This document shows positions 54,194-62,610 of a DNA stretch of 64,000 nt, in pieces. Under the pieces are notes generated by a model. It was not told where the DNA came from and made no database searches. It saw only the letters and a list, made by a program, of their open reading frames with translations. This DNA is from Acidobacteriota bacterium (GTDB lineage Bacteria; Acidobacteriota; Terriglobia; Bryobacterales; Bryobacteraceae). Where the stretch lies: assembly GCA_018268835.1 (NCBI GenBank), contig JAFDVU010000006.1, positions 3,961 to 67,960 on the forward strand, given 5' to 3'. Both the position numbers and the translations under genes were made by a program. Within the stretch, counting starts at the first letter, position 1. Every line of letters begins with the position of its first letter.

Positions 54194-54268
54194 CAGAACG
54201 GTCCTCGCCGTCAAGGTTTCGCTCCGCCGCGCCTGTCGGCGCGCCCTTGACGGCTCCGGGCCGTTCTG
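54194..54268 (+). other. Three-tier imperfect hairpin in non-coding DNA 3' of the IS110 transposase gene
   Basis: cagaacgg/ccgttctg (8 bp), gccgtcaagg/ccttgacggc (10 bp), and an inner cgcgcc-tgtc-ggcgcg (6 bp, tetraloop). Read directly from the sequence; function unknown. Confidence 0.6.
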
Positions 54269-54514
54269 ACGAACACTTCCTGACAAGAGGGAAAGTCAGG
54301 AACTAAACCGAGCCGCGCATGCCGGCCTCCCGTTGGTCGGCCACCGGCTCCCAGGACCCTCGAGATGGAAAACACCGCTCCGCCACAGCCGCCTCGATCG
54401 AGCCCAGGGGCTGAATGCCAGCCACTCCCGCCAGGCTTTCAGCCCGGTGGGGGAATATTTCTCTTGACATTCCCTTTTATAGAATAACTTAGACACCACA
54501 GACCCCAATTTCAT

Positions 54515-54544
54515 CCCGCATTATCCCGCACAATCCCGCACAAT
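54515..54544 (+). repeat. Cluster B of the same 10-bp motif (3 perfect-phase tandem units)
   Basis: cccgcattat / cccgcacaat / cccgcacaat, in the same orientation as cluster A. The cluster overlaps the stop of the integrase-like remnant. Confidence 0.85.
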
Positions 54545-54805
54545 TTTGAAGGAAGCAACTGTCGGGCCCTTCTTCTCCTGCGAGCCGAAGAGCCGTTCCT
54601 GCACACGACGCACTGCCTGCTCGCGACGCGTCAACGCAATCACCGTGATCGACATCATCGGAATGCGCAATTGAGACACAGAATCGACAACCGCCCCGGT
54701 TTCACAAGATCCGAAATGGGTGTGCCTGTGCTCTGCTGAAACAGGGGATAACGTTGCCAGGATAGAAGCCGCTGGCGAACGGCCCGTCTGGAACCCACGG
54801 TTCAC
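54521..54805 (-). pseudogene. Probable C-terminal remnant of a tyrosine recombinase/integrase
   Basis: AEHRHTHFGSCETGAVVDSVSQLRIPMMSITVIAL aligns by eye to box II, H-x-L-R-H-T-[FS]-x-S ... aG ... v ... LGH-x-S-I-x-x-T. The N-terminal ~250 aa are missing (the TA module occupies that space), and the catalytic Tyr is not evident. Confidence 0.45.
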
Positions 54806-54942
54806 GTGGAAACTACCACCGAATGACCGCGTCGTGGCGGCAGTGAGATCACCGTGGGTGAGAACTGAGCATCCGATTTCGTATATTTCGTACGATTTGC
54901 GATTATTTCGATTATTGGCTACACTAGAACTCGGAGGTAGCC

Positions 54943-55398
54943 ATGCCGCATGAACCTGTCACCTTGCCCGAATCGGAGGAAGGGCAGATCCGGGAGCTGA
55001 ACCGAATGCTCCAACTCGGGACGCCGGCACTGGTCGGTGCCGATGGCGAGCGCGTAGAGTTGCCGGATTCCGTTTTCCGACTCTTGAAGGACATCGCGCG
55101 CAACATGCAGTTGGGGCGAGCGGTTGTCCTCATCCCGGAAAACCAGCAACTGACGACGCAACGATCTGCCGACCTGCTCGGCGTCTCCCGGCCTCACCTG
55201 ATCAAGCTCCTCGAAGCAGGAGAACTGCCCTACCACAAGGCCGGCAGCCATCGCCGCATTTACCTAAAGGATCTGCTCGCTTACCAGAAACGTCGCAACG
55301 CGGAGCGCAAGGCCGCTCTGGACCGCATCGCGAAGGAGGCATTCGAGTCCGGCCTGTACGATCGGACAGGCACTCCCGAAGACGGCGAAGACGAATGA
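54943..55398 (+). CDS. Antitoxin-like DNA-binding protein (excisionase/MerR-type HTH)
   Basis: TTQRSADLLGVSRPHLIKLLEAGELPYHKAGSHRRIYLKDLLAY is an HTH_17-like motif. GGAGG lies upstream. There is a 4-nt ATGA overlap with the PIN gene. Confidence 0.75.
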   Translation: MPHEPVTLPESEEGQIRELNRMLQLGTPALVGADGERVELPDSVFRLLKDIARNMQLGRAVVLIPENQQLTTQRSADLLGVSRPHLIKLLEAGELPYHKAGSHRRIYLKDLLAYQKRRNAERKAALDRIAKEAFESGLYDRTGTPEDGEDE

Positions 55399-55982
55399 GA
55401 GCCGATTACCGCGTCGTGCTCGACGCGTGCGTCCTCATCCCGATGCCTCTTGCCGACACGCTGCTGCGCATGGCGGAGGCGCCGCGGTTGTACTTGCCCC
55501 AGTGGACGCAAACCATTATGGATGAGGTGACACGCAACCTCATCGCCAAATGGGGAATGCCGGCCGATAAGGCGCAGCGCCGCGAGCAAGAGATACGTCG
55601 CCACTTCCCTGAGGCGTGGGTGGAGGGCTTTGAGCCGCTCATCGAGACGATGACCAACGATGCCGGAGACCGCCATGTCCTCGCCGCGGCCGTGCGTTCC
55701 CGCTCGGATTTGATCGTCACCTACAATCGCCGTCATTTCCCGCCCGAGTCGATGCAGACCTGGGAGATCGAGGTAGAAGGACCATCCGCTTTCCTGCGTG
55801 GCCTCCACGATCTGGACGCAGGCTTGTTCGTCACCAAGTTGCACGAGCAGGCGGGCGCGATTGGAGTGCCGCTCCAACGGTTGCTTCGCAGCCTCGCTAA
55901 GAGTGTGCCCGGTTTTGTCAGCTACTTCTGTGAGGAACAGGGGATCGACCTCGGCGAAGACGAGCGAGGTGCCTCGCGGTGA
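55395..55982 (+). CDS. PIN-domain toxin-like protein
   Basis: VVLDACVLIP (first acidic residue), NDAGDRHVLAAAV and DLIVTYNRRHF follow the PIN acidic-residue pattern. The gene is translationally coupled to the HTH gene. Confidence 0.7.
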   Translation: MRADYRVVLDACVLIPMPLADTLLRMAEAPRLYLPQWTQTIMDEVTRNLIAKWGMPADKAQRREQEIRRHFPEAWVEGFEPLIETMTNDAGDRHVLAAAVRSRSDLIVTYNRRHFPPESMQTWEIEVEGPSAFLRGLHDLDAGLFVTKLHEQAGAIGVPLQRLLRSLAKSVPGFVSYFCEEQGIDLGEDERGASR

Positions 55983-56218
55983 GGGTAAAGAAGCGCCGCG
56001 CCGTCTTCCAGCTTTACATCCGGCTACGCGATATCGAGCCAGCGATCTGGCGCCACATCCACGTTTGGGAGGACATCAAGCTCCACAAGGAGTGGGAAGC
56101 CATCTACGAGAAAGTCGCGGCCCTGCATGAGTCGTACGCCGACGGGCCGGACTACCCCGCGGCAAATGCGCCTTCGGGTGTGGGCATCGTGGGCGCTGAG
56201 CTCTTCGGATGCCACTGA
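55979..56218 (+). pseudogene. Truncated pRiA4b-ORF3-like (PF07929-type) stub
   Basis: VFQLYIRLRDIEPAIWRHIHVWEDIKL resembles the family N-terminus (YQLKVTL ... PPIWRR ... VP). Only about 35 aa are family-like, out of 79 aa. The GTG start overlaps the PIN stop (GTGA). Confidence 0.45.
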
Positions 56219-56464
56219 GGGGGTGGACGCTGTCGAGGCGTTCATGTCAGCCGTATCCGAGCGATGGGACGCTCGTTAATCCCCTTCCCTCCGCTTCAAC
56301 AGCCGAAGTGTCTCACAAGACCGATCCCAAATTCCTCTCTACGCGTCCGACGGATCACCGCGCGGATTTCGTTCGCGCGAGGCCGATGAACGGCTAATCC
56401 AGACCGGCTTCGTGACCGCAGAGGACTGGAGCGGGGTACCAATCCGGAGGAGGCGGCTGCAGGC

Positions 56465-57067
56465 CTAACCGCGACGTCTCCGCTCCCGCGCGCCCAGACC
56501 GATCAAGCCGGTGCCCATGAGCAACACCGGACCGGGTTCCGGTACCGGGGACACCGTCACATCGTCCAACACCCAGAATGCCGGATTTTGCGACGCTGAA
56601 AACGTCAGGGTGCTGCTGGTCGAGGTCGCAACGGTCGAGTAGGTATACAGGAGATAGGGGAAAGTCCCGGAGTTCGTCACGGTCAGCAGCGTGTTGCCGT
56701 CGAGAGTCACGTCCATCGAGTTCGGTGCGGCTAACCCGCCGAAACTGGTGTTCGCCAGGTAAAAGGAAATCACGTACCCCTGGCCCACGGTGGTGTCGAA
56801 GGACTGGCTGATGCTGCCAAGGAGGGGGTCGCCGAAGTATGCTGCGTAGCGACCTCCGTGAGGGCCGGGATCAGTATCCACGCCGGCGTTGCACGGCGGA
56901 GCAAGAGTGGACTCGCTGGCGGATACGAGGATGCAGCCGCCGGTGACGGTCCAGCCAGTAAAATCGCCCGTCTCAAAGCCTCCGTTGGTCAACGGAGCAG
57001 CCTCCGAAACGGTTGTTAGGACCAAGCAACCTAACAAAACGGGGAATACGGATGCGAATCTTCTCAA
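56465..57067 (-). CDS. PEP-CTERM-anchored secreted protein with a jelly-roll-like (DUF642/CBM-like) domain
   Basis: TTG 57067 lies 6 nt after AAGGAG (57074-57079) and gives MRRFASVFPVLLGCLVLTTVSEA, a signal peptide. NGGFETGDFTGWTV follows. The C-terminal VSPVPEPGPVLLMGTGLIGLGARERRRRG is a PEP-CTERM sorting signal. The 5' part of track ORF 56465..57352 was rejected. Confidence 0.8.
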   Translation of the reverse strand: MRRFASVFPVLLGCLVLTTVSEAAPLTNGGFETGDFTGWTVTGGCILVSASESTLAPPCNAGVDTDPGPHGGRYAAYFGDPLLGSISQSFDTTVGQGYVISFYLANTSFGGLAAPNSMDVTLDGNTLLTVTNSGTFPYLLYTYSTVATSTSSTLTFSASQNPAFWVLDDVTVSPVPEPGPVLLMGTGLIGLGARERRRRG

Positions 57068-57469
57068 GGCGGTCTCCTTCGTCGAACGTGCGCTCCTCGT
57101 GATGCAGTCTGTCCATTTCTGGCGACTCTTAAGCCGTCCAAGCATAACACGCCATCTATTTACATAGTTCCGGACGATTCTGGGACTCGGAACTGGCTTA
57201 GGCGCTCGGCTCGTGCCATATCGCGTGGGGGCCACTTCCCTGGACCTGGAAATCGCGGGGGCCTTCCTGGCGGCACTGCCGCGGATCTTCAGAGTCCTGC
57301 AATCCGTGCCGGCGCCGTTCGTGGCCCGTGTCTCACAATCGGCCCACGTCACTCTTTACCTGAGTGGAAGTGGCTCGAGAAGACGCCGGAACGCTCGGTC
57401 CCGCCAGGCTCAGGGACCAATCTCTCCATAAGGAACAACATCTGAGTTCGTCTCAAGGCGATTTGAAGA

Positions 57470-57690
57470 GTGCGTGGGCAACCGCGCGCGAGGGTAGAAC
57501 GAGTGTGGAGTCGGCGCATCCTGACTTTAGAGGAGACTGCGCGCGTGCTGGCCCGGATGGAGGAGCCCAACAAACTCATCCTCGAAACCTGCATCGCTAC
57601 CGGCGCGCGCATCTCCGAGGTCCTCGGCCTGCAGTGGAAGGCGTGAACCTGGATGCCGGGACAGGCAAGGCGTGCATACCGGCAAGCCCG
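57470..57690 (+). pseudogene. Tyrosine-integrase fragment (box I region), frameshifted and truncated
   Basis: My translation: RRILTLEETARVLARMEEPNKLILETCIATGARISEVLGLQWKA*, continuing in another frame as VNLDAGTGKA. This is the classic TG-x-R-ISE-x-LGL-x-W-x-x-[VI]-[DN] catalytic-Arg block. There is no N-terminal or C-terminal remainder. Confidence 0.65.
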
Positions 57691-57704
57691 ATGTCTGCGA
57701 TGCC

Positions 57705-58418
57705 TTACGTTAGCTCAGGCGACGGCCCGCGCTTATTCACCCGCATCTCTTCCAGCCGCGCTTGTCTTCGCACCGCCAGAGCCATCGTCAGCGGAATCGC
57801 CAGGATTGACAGCGCGGAGGTCCAGCCTGGCAAGTTCAAGCCGGGGATGAACGCCGCCACAATCCCCCCGATGGCGACCAGGAATCCGCCGAGGATCAAG
57901 TTCATCCCCGATTCCCGCAGTTCTACGCGAGTGCTCTGCAGCACCGTGTGTGCGATCGCAACGAAGATCAGCAGGCCGTACACCAACATGAGCAAGCCCG
58001 CCACCGAGCCGGTGGTGTAATACAGAACCGGATGGACGATCAGTTCGGCCACCAAAAAGACCAGAAAGCAGCCCCATGCTCCGTAGATGACCCCGGCGAT
58101 AAGACGGCTCTCGCCTATCCGCTTCGGTCTGGGGAACATGACGAAAAATCGGAGCAGCAGGATCCACAGGAGAACGGTGGCGGCCGCGGACACATGATCC
58201 TTCACGCCATTCCAGACTCCCAGGCTGGGCCCCCGGCCAGGAAGCATGGCCACACCCGCGGCCAGGCCGATGTGCGCCATCGTGAGCGCGGGTGACGTCT
58301 CTTCCGTGAAGAAGGCCCACAGCCCGAGGCAGAGAAACCCGAGTCCGGCCAGCGTGGCCGCAATCCTGGCGTTCACCGCAGCCCGAAACGGCGGCTCGTA
58401 CACGACGTCGAGCGTCAC
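57705..58418 (-). CDS. Polytopic membrane protein (about 6-7 TM helices), unknown function
   Basis: GTG start at 58418. Hydrophobic helices include IAATLAGLGFLCLGLWAFF, AATVLLWILLLRFFVMF, GVIYGAWGCFLVFLVAELIV, VAGLLMLVYGLLIFVAIA and LILGGFLVAIGGIVAAFI. The gene lies in frame with the PDZ ORF upstream. Confidence 0.65.
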   Translation of the reverse strand: MTLDVVYEPPFRAAVNARIAATLAGLGFLCLGLWAFFTEETSPALTMAHIGLAAGVAMLPGRGPSLGVWNGVKDHVSAAATVLLWILLLRFFVMFPRPKRIGESRLIAGVIYGAWGCFLVFLVAELIVHPVLYYTTGSVAGLLMLVYGLLIFVAIAHTVLQSTRVELRESGMNLILGGFLVAIGGIVAAFIPGLNLPGWTSALSILAIPLTMALAVRRQARLEEMRVNKRGPSPELT

Positions 58419-58427
58419 CCTCTCGCC

Positions 58428-58736
58428 CTAGCGCTCGACAACAAACCGGTGTTTCTGCCCAACTCTTGGTGCCAAGGCCAGCGGCCAGCGGGACTCCATG
58501 CCGAGTTCCTCGACCGGCCTTCCCTCGACGCTGATCACGCGGTCTCCGGCCTCGAAGCCCGACCTGTCCGCCCATCCACCGTGGATAACTCCCGGTACGC
58601 GATACTCGGGATCGTACAATCCACCGGTGAATCCGCCGGCCGGCCTGCCATAGGCGCCGAAGCCGGCCCAGCCAACCAGACCAATGGCGGCCGCCAGCAG
58701 CTGCAGGCGTCGGCGTTTCAAAATCAGCGCGTCCAT
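58428..58736 (-). CDS. Small PDZ-domain protein with an N-terminal TM anchor
   Basis: ATG 58736 lies 1 nt after the upstream stop. LQLLAAAIGLVGWAGFGAY is a TM helix. GVIHGGWADRSGFEAGDRVISVEGRPVEEL is a PDZ-like core. Confidence 0.65.
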   Translation of the reverse strand: MDALILKRRRLQLLAAAIGLVGWAGFGAYGRPAGGFTGGLYDPEYRVPGVIHGGWADRSGFEAGDRVISVEGRPVEELGMESRWPLALAPRVGQKHRFVVER

Positions 58737-58737
58737 C

Positions 58738-60033
58738 TTACACCTCGATTGCTCTGCGTCCCCTCCAGTGGCGGACTTCGGCGCTTGCCAGCAGGAGCAG
58801 CATCCACGCCAGCGGCGCCGGGTAATGCGCGACATAGCTGACGACGTAGTAGACCAGAGGAAACGTCGCGAGCGGAACGAGGAGGGTGACCCGGCGCGGA
58901 GCGTCGAGCGCAGGCAAGGTACGGCGCAGACCAAGGATCGCAAGCATCGTCACCGCGGTGAAGAGCCCCGCGAGCAACGGGTAGCGCAGTGGACCACACC
59001 AGAAATGGAGAAAGCGCATCAGCGTGAGGCGCCAGAACTCAGCAGGATGAGTTCTGATCCAGGCAAGAGCCTCGTTCACGGCGCGCCGGTTATACTCGGC
59101 TTCTCCCAGTTCTCGCACCTGACGGGCCTCCTCCAGGTTCTCGCTGGGGTGACGCAACGTCCCGGCGCGGGCCATGCTGACCTCGATGTCCGCGTCGGCT
59201 CCAGGCTGATTGGCGATCCGGAATTCCAGGCCGAAATTGCTGCGGATAAAAAAGAAACCGTGAAGGGCCGTGTAGTTGCGCCACGTCCAGGGAACGCAGG
59301 CCAGAATTGCGCCGGCGGCAACGCAAGCGGAGAGGAGCCACTGGCGCCGGCCGCGCTTCCACCAGAGTTCAAACATCAGGTAGCCCACCAGGACAAGAAG
59401 CAAGGGGGGTAATACGTGAAATGCGGCGCCGCACCCGAGTCCGAGCAGGAACGAGCCCGCCGCGGACGGGCGATCCGCAGTCCAACGGTGCGCAAAGGCG
59501 ACGGTCAGCAAGGCCAAGGCGAGCGAGGCGTGAGCCGTGGCCCCCGGGCCGATAGCTTCACCCAGACCCTGCATTGGAATCAGGGCGCAGGCGACTCCGG
59601 CGAAGATGCCGGCACACGTGCCCAGTCCCAGTCTGCGTGCAAACCACGGCAGCAGGGCGTACAACAGAGAATGACTACTGATTCCCACCAGCGCACGCAC
59701 ATACCCGGCGCTCGCAGTGATTCCGAAAACATGATAGATCAGGGCAAGCAGAGCCGGTGAAAGAGGCGTCGGGTGTGCGGTAGGCCCGGTCGGGATCATA
59801 TAAGGATCCGCGAACTGCCCGGTGCGCAGGAGCGACAGCGTCACTCTCCCTATCTCGCCGCCAAGACGATAGAAGTCCTGGTGATTGCTCACCCAAACGG
59901 CAAGCAGGGCAGCCCGGATCGCGAAAGAGAGAAGGAATATGAGAATGAACGTTCGGACCGGCGAGCTGAAAATCCTGCCCGCTGCTCCTGGTGTCACCAG
60001 CGACGCGCCATGTTCAGCACTTGTCGCGCCCAT
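58738..60033 (-). CDS. GT-C-fold membrane glycosyltransferase-like protein (ArnT/PMT family-like)
   Basis: 431 aa with about 10 TM helices. The overall pattern is that of ArnT/PMT_2 proteins: N-terminal helix, a periplasmic loop with DFYRLGGEIGR ... FADPY, and many helices. No search was done. Confidence 0.55.
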   Translation of the reverse strand: MGATSAEHGASLVTPGAAGRIFSSPVRTFILIFLLSFAIRAALLAVWVSNHQDFYRLGGEIGRVTLSLLRTGQFADPYMIPTGPTAHPTPLSPALLALIYHVFGITASAGYVRALVGISSHSLLYALLPWFARRLGLGTCAGIFAGVACALIPMQGLGEAIGPGATAHASLALALLTVAFAHRWTADRPSAAGSFLLGLGCGAAFHVLPPLLLVLVGYLMFELWWKRGRRQWLLSACVAAGAILACVPWTWRNYTALHGFFFIRSNFGLEFRIANQPGADADIEVSMARAGTLRHPSENLEEARQVRELGEAEYNRRAVNEALAWIRTHPAEFWRLTLMRFLHFWCGPLRYPLLAGLFTAVTMLAILGLRRTLPALDAPRRVTLLVPLATFPLVYYVVSYVAHYPAPLAWMLLLLASAEVRHWRGRRAIEV

Positions 60034-60528
60034 CTGCGAACTCCGCGCGGATCAGCCACTCTGATTGTACTGCGGGAGCGGCTTGGGAGACTCGCTCAAA
60101 CAGAACCGGGGGCGATTCGCCGCCTCGGCCGCTATCCCTGCGAAGCGCGCGAGAAGCAAGCCGCGCGAGCGAGTTCGCGGGCCCTGGTGCGGCCGAGATG
60201 CCAGCGTACTCCATCAGGACGCAGTGCGCAGGCCTGCTTTATTGACCGGAGAGCCCGACGGCTGCCTCGCCGGGGTTGCCGCGACCGATCACGGCATCTC
60301 AAGCTTGGTCAGCAGGACGAAATCAAGCCGGACCTCCCAGGTGGCGGATCGGAAGGGTCAGGTTGACGCAAGGTCATTCGTCTGTAATTCTGGAAGAGGT
60401 ATCAGGAGTCGACTCGGTTTCGAGTCGCGGCAACCGGCGGGAAACGCACGGTGCTTAGGAGGACCGTTTGGTCTTCGGATACGCGGCGCGGAGCGCTGAA
60501 TCGTTTCCAACCTTCCTGATGCACGTTT

Positions 60529-61200
60529 GTGAAGGAGCGTGTGTCACCAATGAAAGCCGAAATCTCTCACGTCTGGGTCAAAGAGGGCGCGGACATCCCC
60601 TGCCTGGCGATTCTGTCCGATGGCAGTTCGTACACTACCTGCCTTCTGGCAGGCCGCTACGACTTCGAGGGTCATCTCGATCAAGAGGGAAGGCGTTTCT
60701 TGCGCCTGCGCGATACGCAAGGGAGCTTGAAGATAGTGGGCGAGCGCGAACTGAGGGGTTCCGCGCGACGGATCTACCGCAGGCCGGATCAGCCGGTTAG
60801 ACCTTGTCAGGCCGGTCCACCCTGCGCGGCGGCAAACGTAACGCCGATCACGGCCGCGGACCGGGGCGCAGTGAAGAAGTGGTTGCGCAGTTCCGTACCG
60901 GATTTCTTGCCACGACGGCACCTCGGTAGATATGTCGAGTGCGGCTCGGTGGATTCCTGGACCGTGGAGTACACCATCGAGCGGAGCGACGGGGAATGGA
61001 TGATCCGCTGCGAAGACCCAGGCGGCGAGCGGGACTCATCGGGTTTTGCGGACGTCGCCGCGCTGGTGGAGGATGCCTCGGATCGCGGCTATGACCCGGA
61101 GGATCTACTGGGCGACCTGCGCCGTTCCCGCCATCCGCATCTGATCACACTCGCCCACGAGGTTGAGGAGGTAGTGACCGCGGCTGCTACGGCGCCATGA
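60529..61200 (+). CDS. Hypothetical protein
   Basis: A 223-aa ORF with a plausible composition and no motif I recognise. The alternative start is ATG 60550. Confidence 0.5.
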   Translation: MKERVSPMKAEISHVWVKEGADIPCLAILSDGSSYTTCLLAGRYDFEGHLDQEGRRFLRLRDTQGSLKIVGERELRGSARRIYRRPDQPVRPCQAGPPCAAANVTPITAADRGAVKKWLRSSVPDFLPRRHLGRYVECGSVDSWTVEYTIERSDGEWMIRCEDPGGERDSSGFADVAALVEDASDRGYDPEDLLGDLRRSRHPHLITLAHEVEEVVTAAATAP

Positions 61201-61365
61201 TCGCCGGCGCGAAGACGGTACTTTGCGCAATGGGCCAGGGCGTGGGCGCCCGATCGAATTTGTCGGGACGCGTCCCGCGGGCGTTCAGCCTTGCGCCGGA
61301 AGACGGCACACACGGTTAATTGGAAACGGGCTGCCCCAGGCCGGTACCGCGCTAAACTTTTACCA

Positions 61366-62601
61366 ATGAACCGGCGAAGCTTTCTGGCCGCGGGGCCGGC
61401 GCTCGGAATGGCCGCCTTTCCCGCACCCGCTGCCGCGCAATCCGCGGCGAAGATGAAGATTACGCGCATCCGCGCTTACTCGCCTCCCAACCGTAACCAG
61501 ACCTTCAACCAGAGCGACATGGTGGTCACGGTGGAGACCGACGCCGGCGTTACCGGCATCGGCGAGGGCGGTTCGCGCGACATGCTGGAGCAGTGCGCGG
61601 GACGGCTGATCGGGCAGGACCCGCTGCGGATCGAGTACCTGTGGCAGGATATGGCACGGTCGTGGTTCTACCCGCCGGGACGCGAAAAGCTGCATGCGCT
61701 CGGTGCGCTGGATCTGGCCCTGTGGGACATCCGCGGCAAGACGCTCAAAGTCCCGGTGCACGCGCTGCTCGGCGGCGCGGTGCGGAACTACTGCGAGTGC
61801 TACAACACCAGCGGCGTCGTGGCCGGTGTCAGCAACCGCATGACGCTGCGCGAGCGCGCGCAGGCCACCATCGCGGCAGGCTACCGCGCGTTCCGCATGG
61901 GCGCGGCCGACGCTCCGCGCGGCACCACCACTTACAACACCCGCGAACGGCTCAACCAACTCTACGAGGACTGCGTGCAGGTGCGCGAGGGCGTGGGCAA
62001 GAACGGCGACTGGTGCATCGACTTCCACCAGCGCTTCGACCTCGACGAAGCCATACGCGGCTGCGACCTCATCAAGGACCTCGCGCCCTTCTTCGTGGAA
62101 GACCCCGTCCGCACCGAGGCTTTCGCGCAGGACCTGCCGATCCTGCGCCGTACCGTGCGGGTGCCGATCGCCGCCGGCGAAGAGTGGGGCTACCGCTGGG
62201 ACTTCAACCAGCTTGTGGAAGCGCACGATCTCGACTTCGTCCGGGTCACGCTGCCCAACGTCGGCGGCATCACCGAGATGCGCAAGATCGCGGCCATGTG
62301 CGAGACGCACTTCGTCGGGATCGTGCCGCATTTCACCGGACCGATCGCCACCGCGGCGCTGGTGCACACGCTGGCGGCGTATCCGGGACCGGTCCTGATG
62401 GAGTACAACAACCCCGGGCGCGTGCTGCCGCACCTGCCGGTGTGCCTGGAGTTCCGCGAGGGGAAGCTGTATCCGAACGACCGTCCCGGTCTCGGGGTGG
62501 AACTGGACTTCAAGCCGCTGACGCAGGTCATGGAGATCACGCAGCCCGGTCCGGCGCGCCCGGTTTACCACCGTCCCGACGGCTCGATCACGAACTGGTA
62601 G
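61366..62601 (+). CDS. Enolase-superfamily (mandelate racemase/muconate lactonizing, sugar-acid dehydratase-like) enzyme with a Tat-type signal
   Basis: ATG 61366 gives MNRRSFLAAGPALGMAAFPAPAAAQ (twin-arginine). ITRIRAY ... VVTVETDAGVTGIGEG ... ALDLALWDIRGKTLKVPVHALLGG is the MR_MLE N-terminal domain. IDFHQRF ... FVEDP ... IAAGEE is the acidic metal-ligand pattern. Confidence 0.8.
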   Translation: MNRRSFLAAGPALGMAAFPAPAAAQSAAKMKITRIRAYSPPNRNQTFNQSDMVVTVETDAGVTGIGEGGSRDMLEQCAGRLIGQDPLRIEYLWQDMARSWFYPPGREKLHALGALDLALWDIRGKTLKVPVHALLGGAVRNYCECYNTSGVVAGVSNRMTLRERAQATIAAGYRAFRMGAADAPRGTTTYNTRERLNQLYEDCVQVREGVGKNGDWCIDFHQRFDLDEAIRGCDLIKDLAPFFVEDPVRTEAFAQDLPILRRTVRVPIAAGEEWGYRWDFNQLVEAHDLDFVRVTLPNVGGITEMRKIAAMCETHFVGIVPHFTGPIATAALVHTLAAYPGPVLMEYNNPGRVLPHLPVCLEFREGKLYPNDRPGLGVELDFKPLTQVMEITQPGPARPVYHRPDGSITNW

Positions 62602-62610
62602 CGGAGCGGA

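Noticed and set aside
54463-54492. Sigma-70-like promoter (TTGACA ... TAGAAT) upstream of motif cluster B
   Set aside because: The spacer between the hexamers is only about 10 nt by my count, against 17 +/- 1 needed. Acidobacterial promoter rules are also uncertain.
52587-54544. CRISPR array possibility for the short tandem repeats (also 7510..7581)
   Set aside because: The units are 10 bp or 18 bp, directly abutting or irregularly spaced, without 25-40-bp spacers. No cas genes are present. I saw no CRISPR array anywhere in the window.
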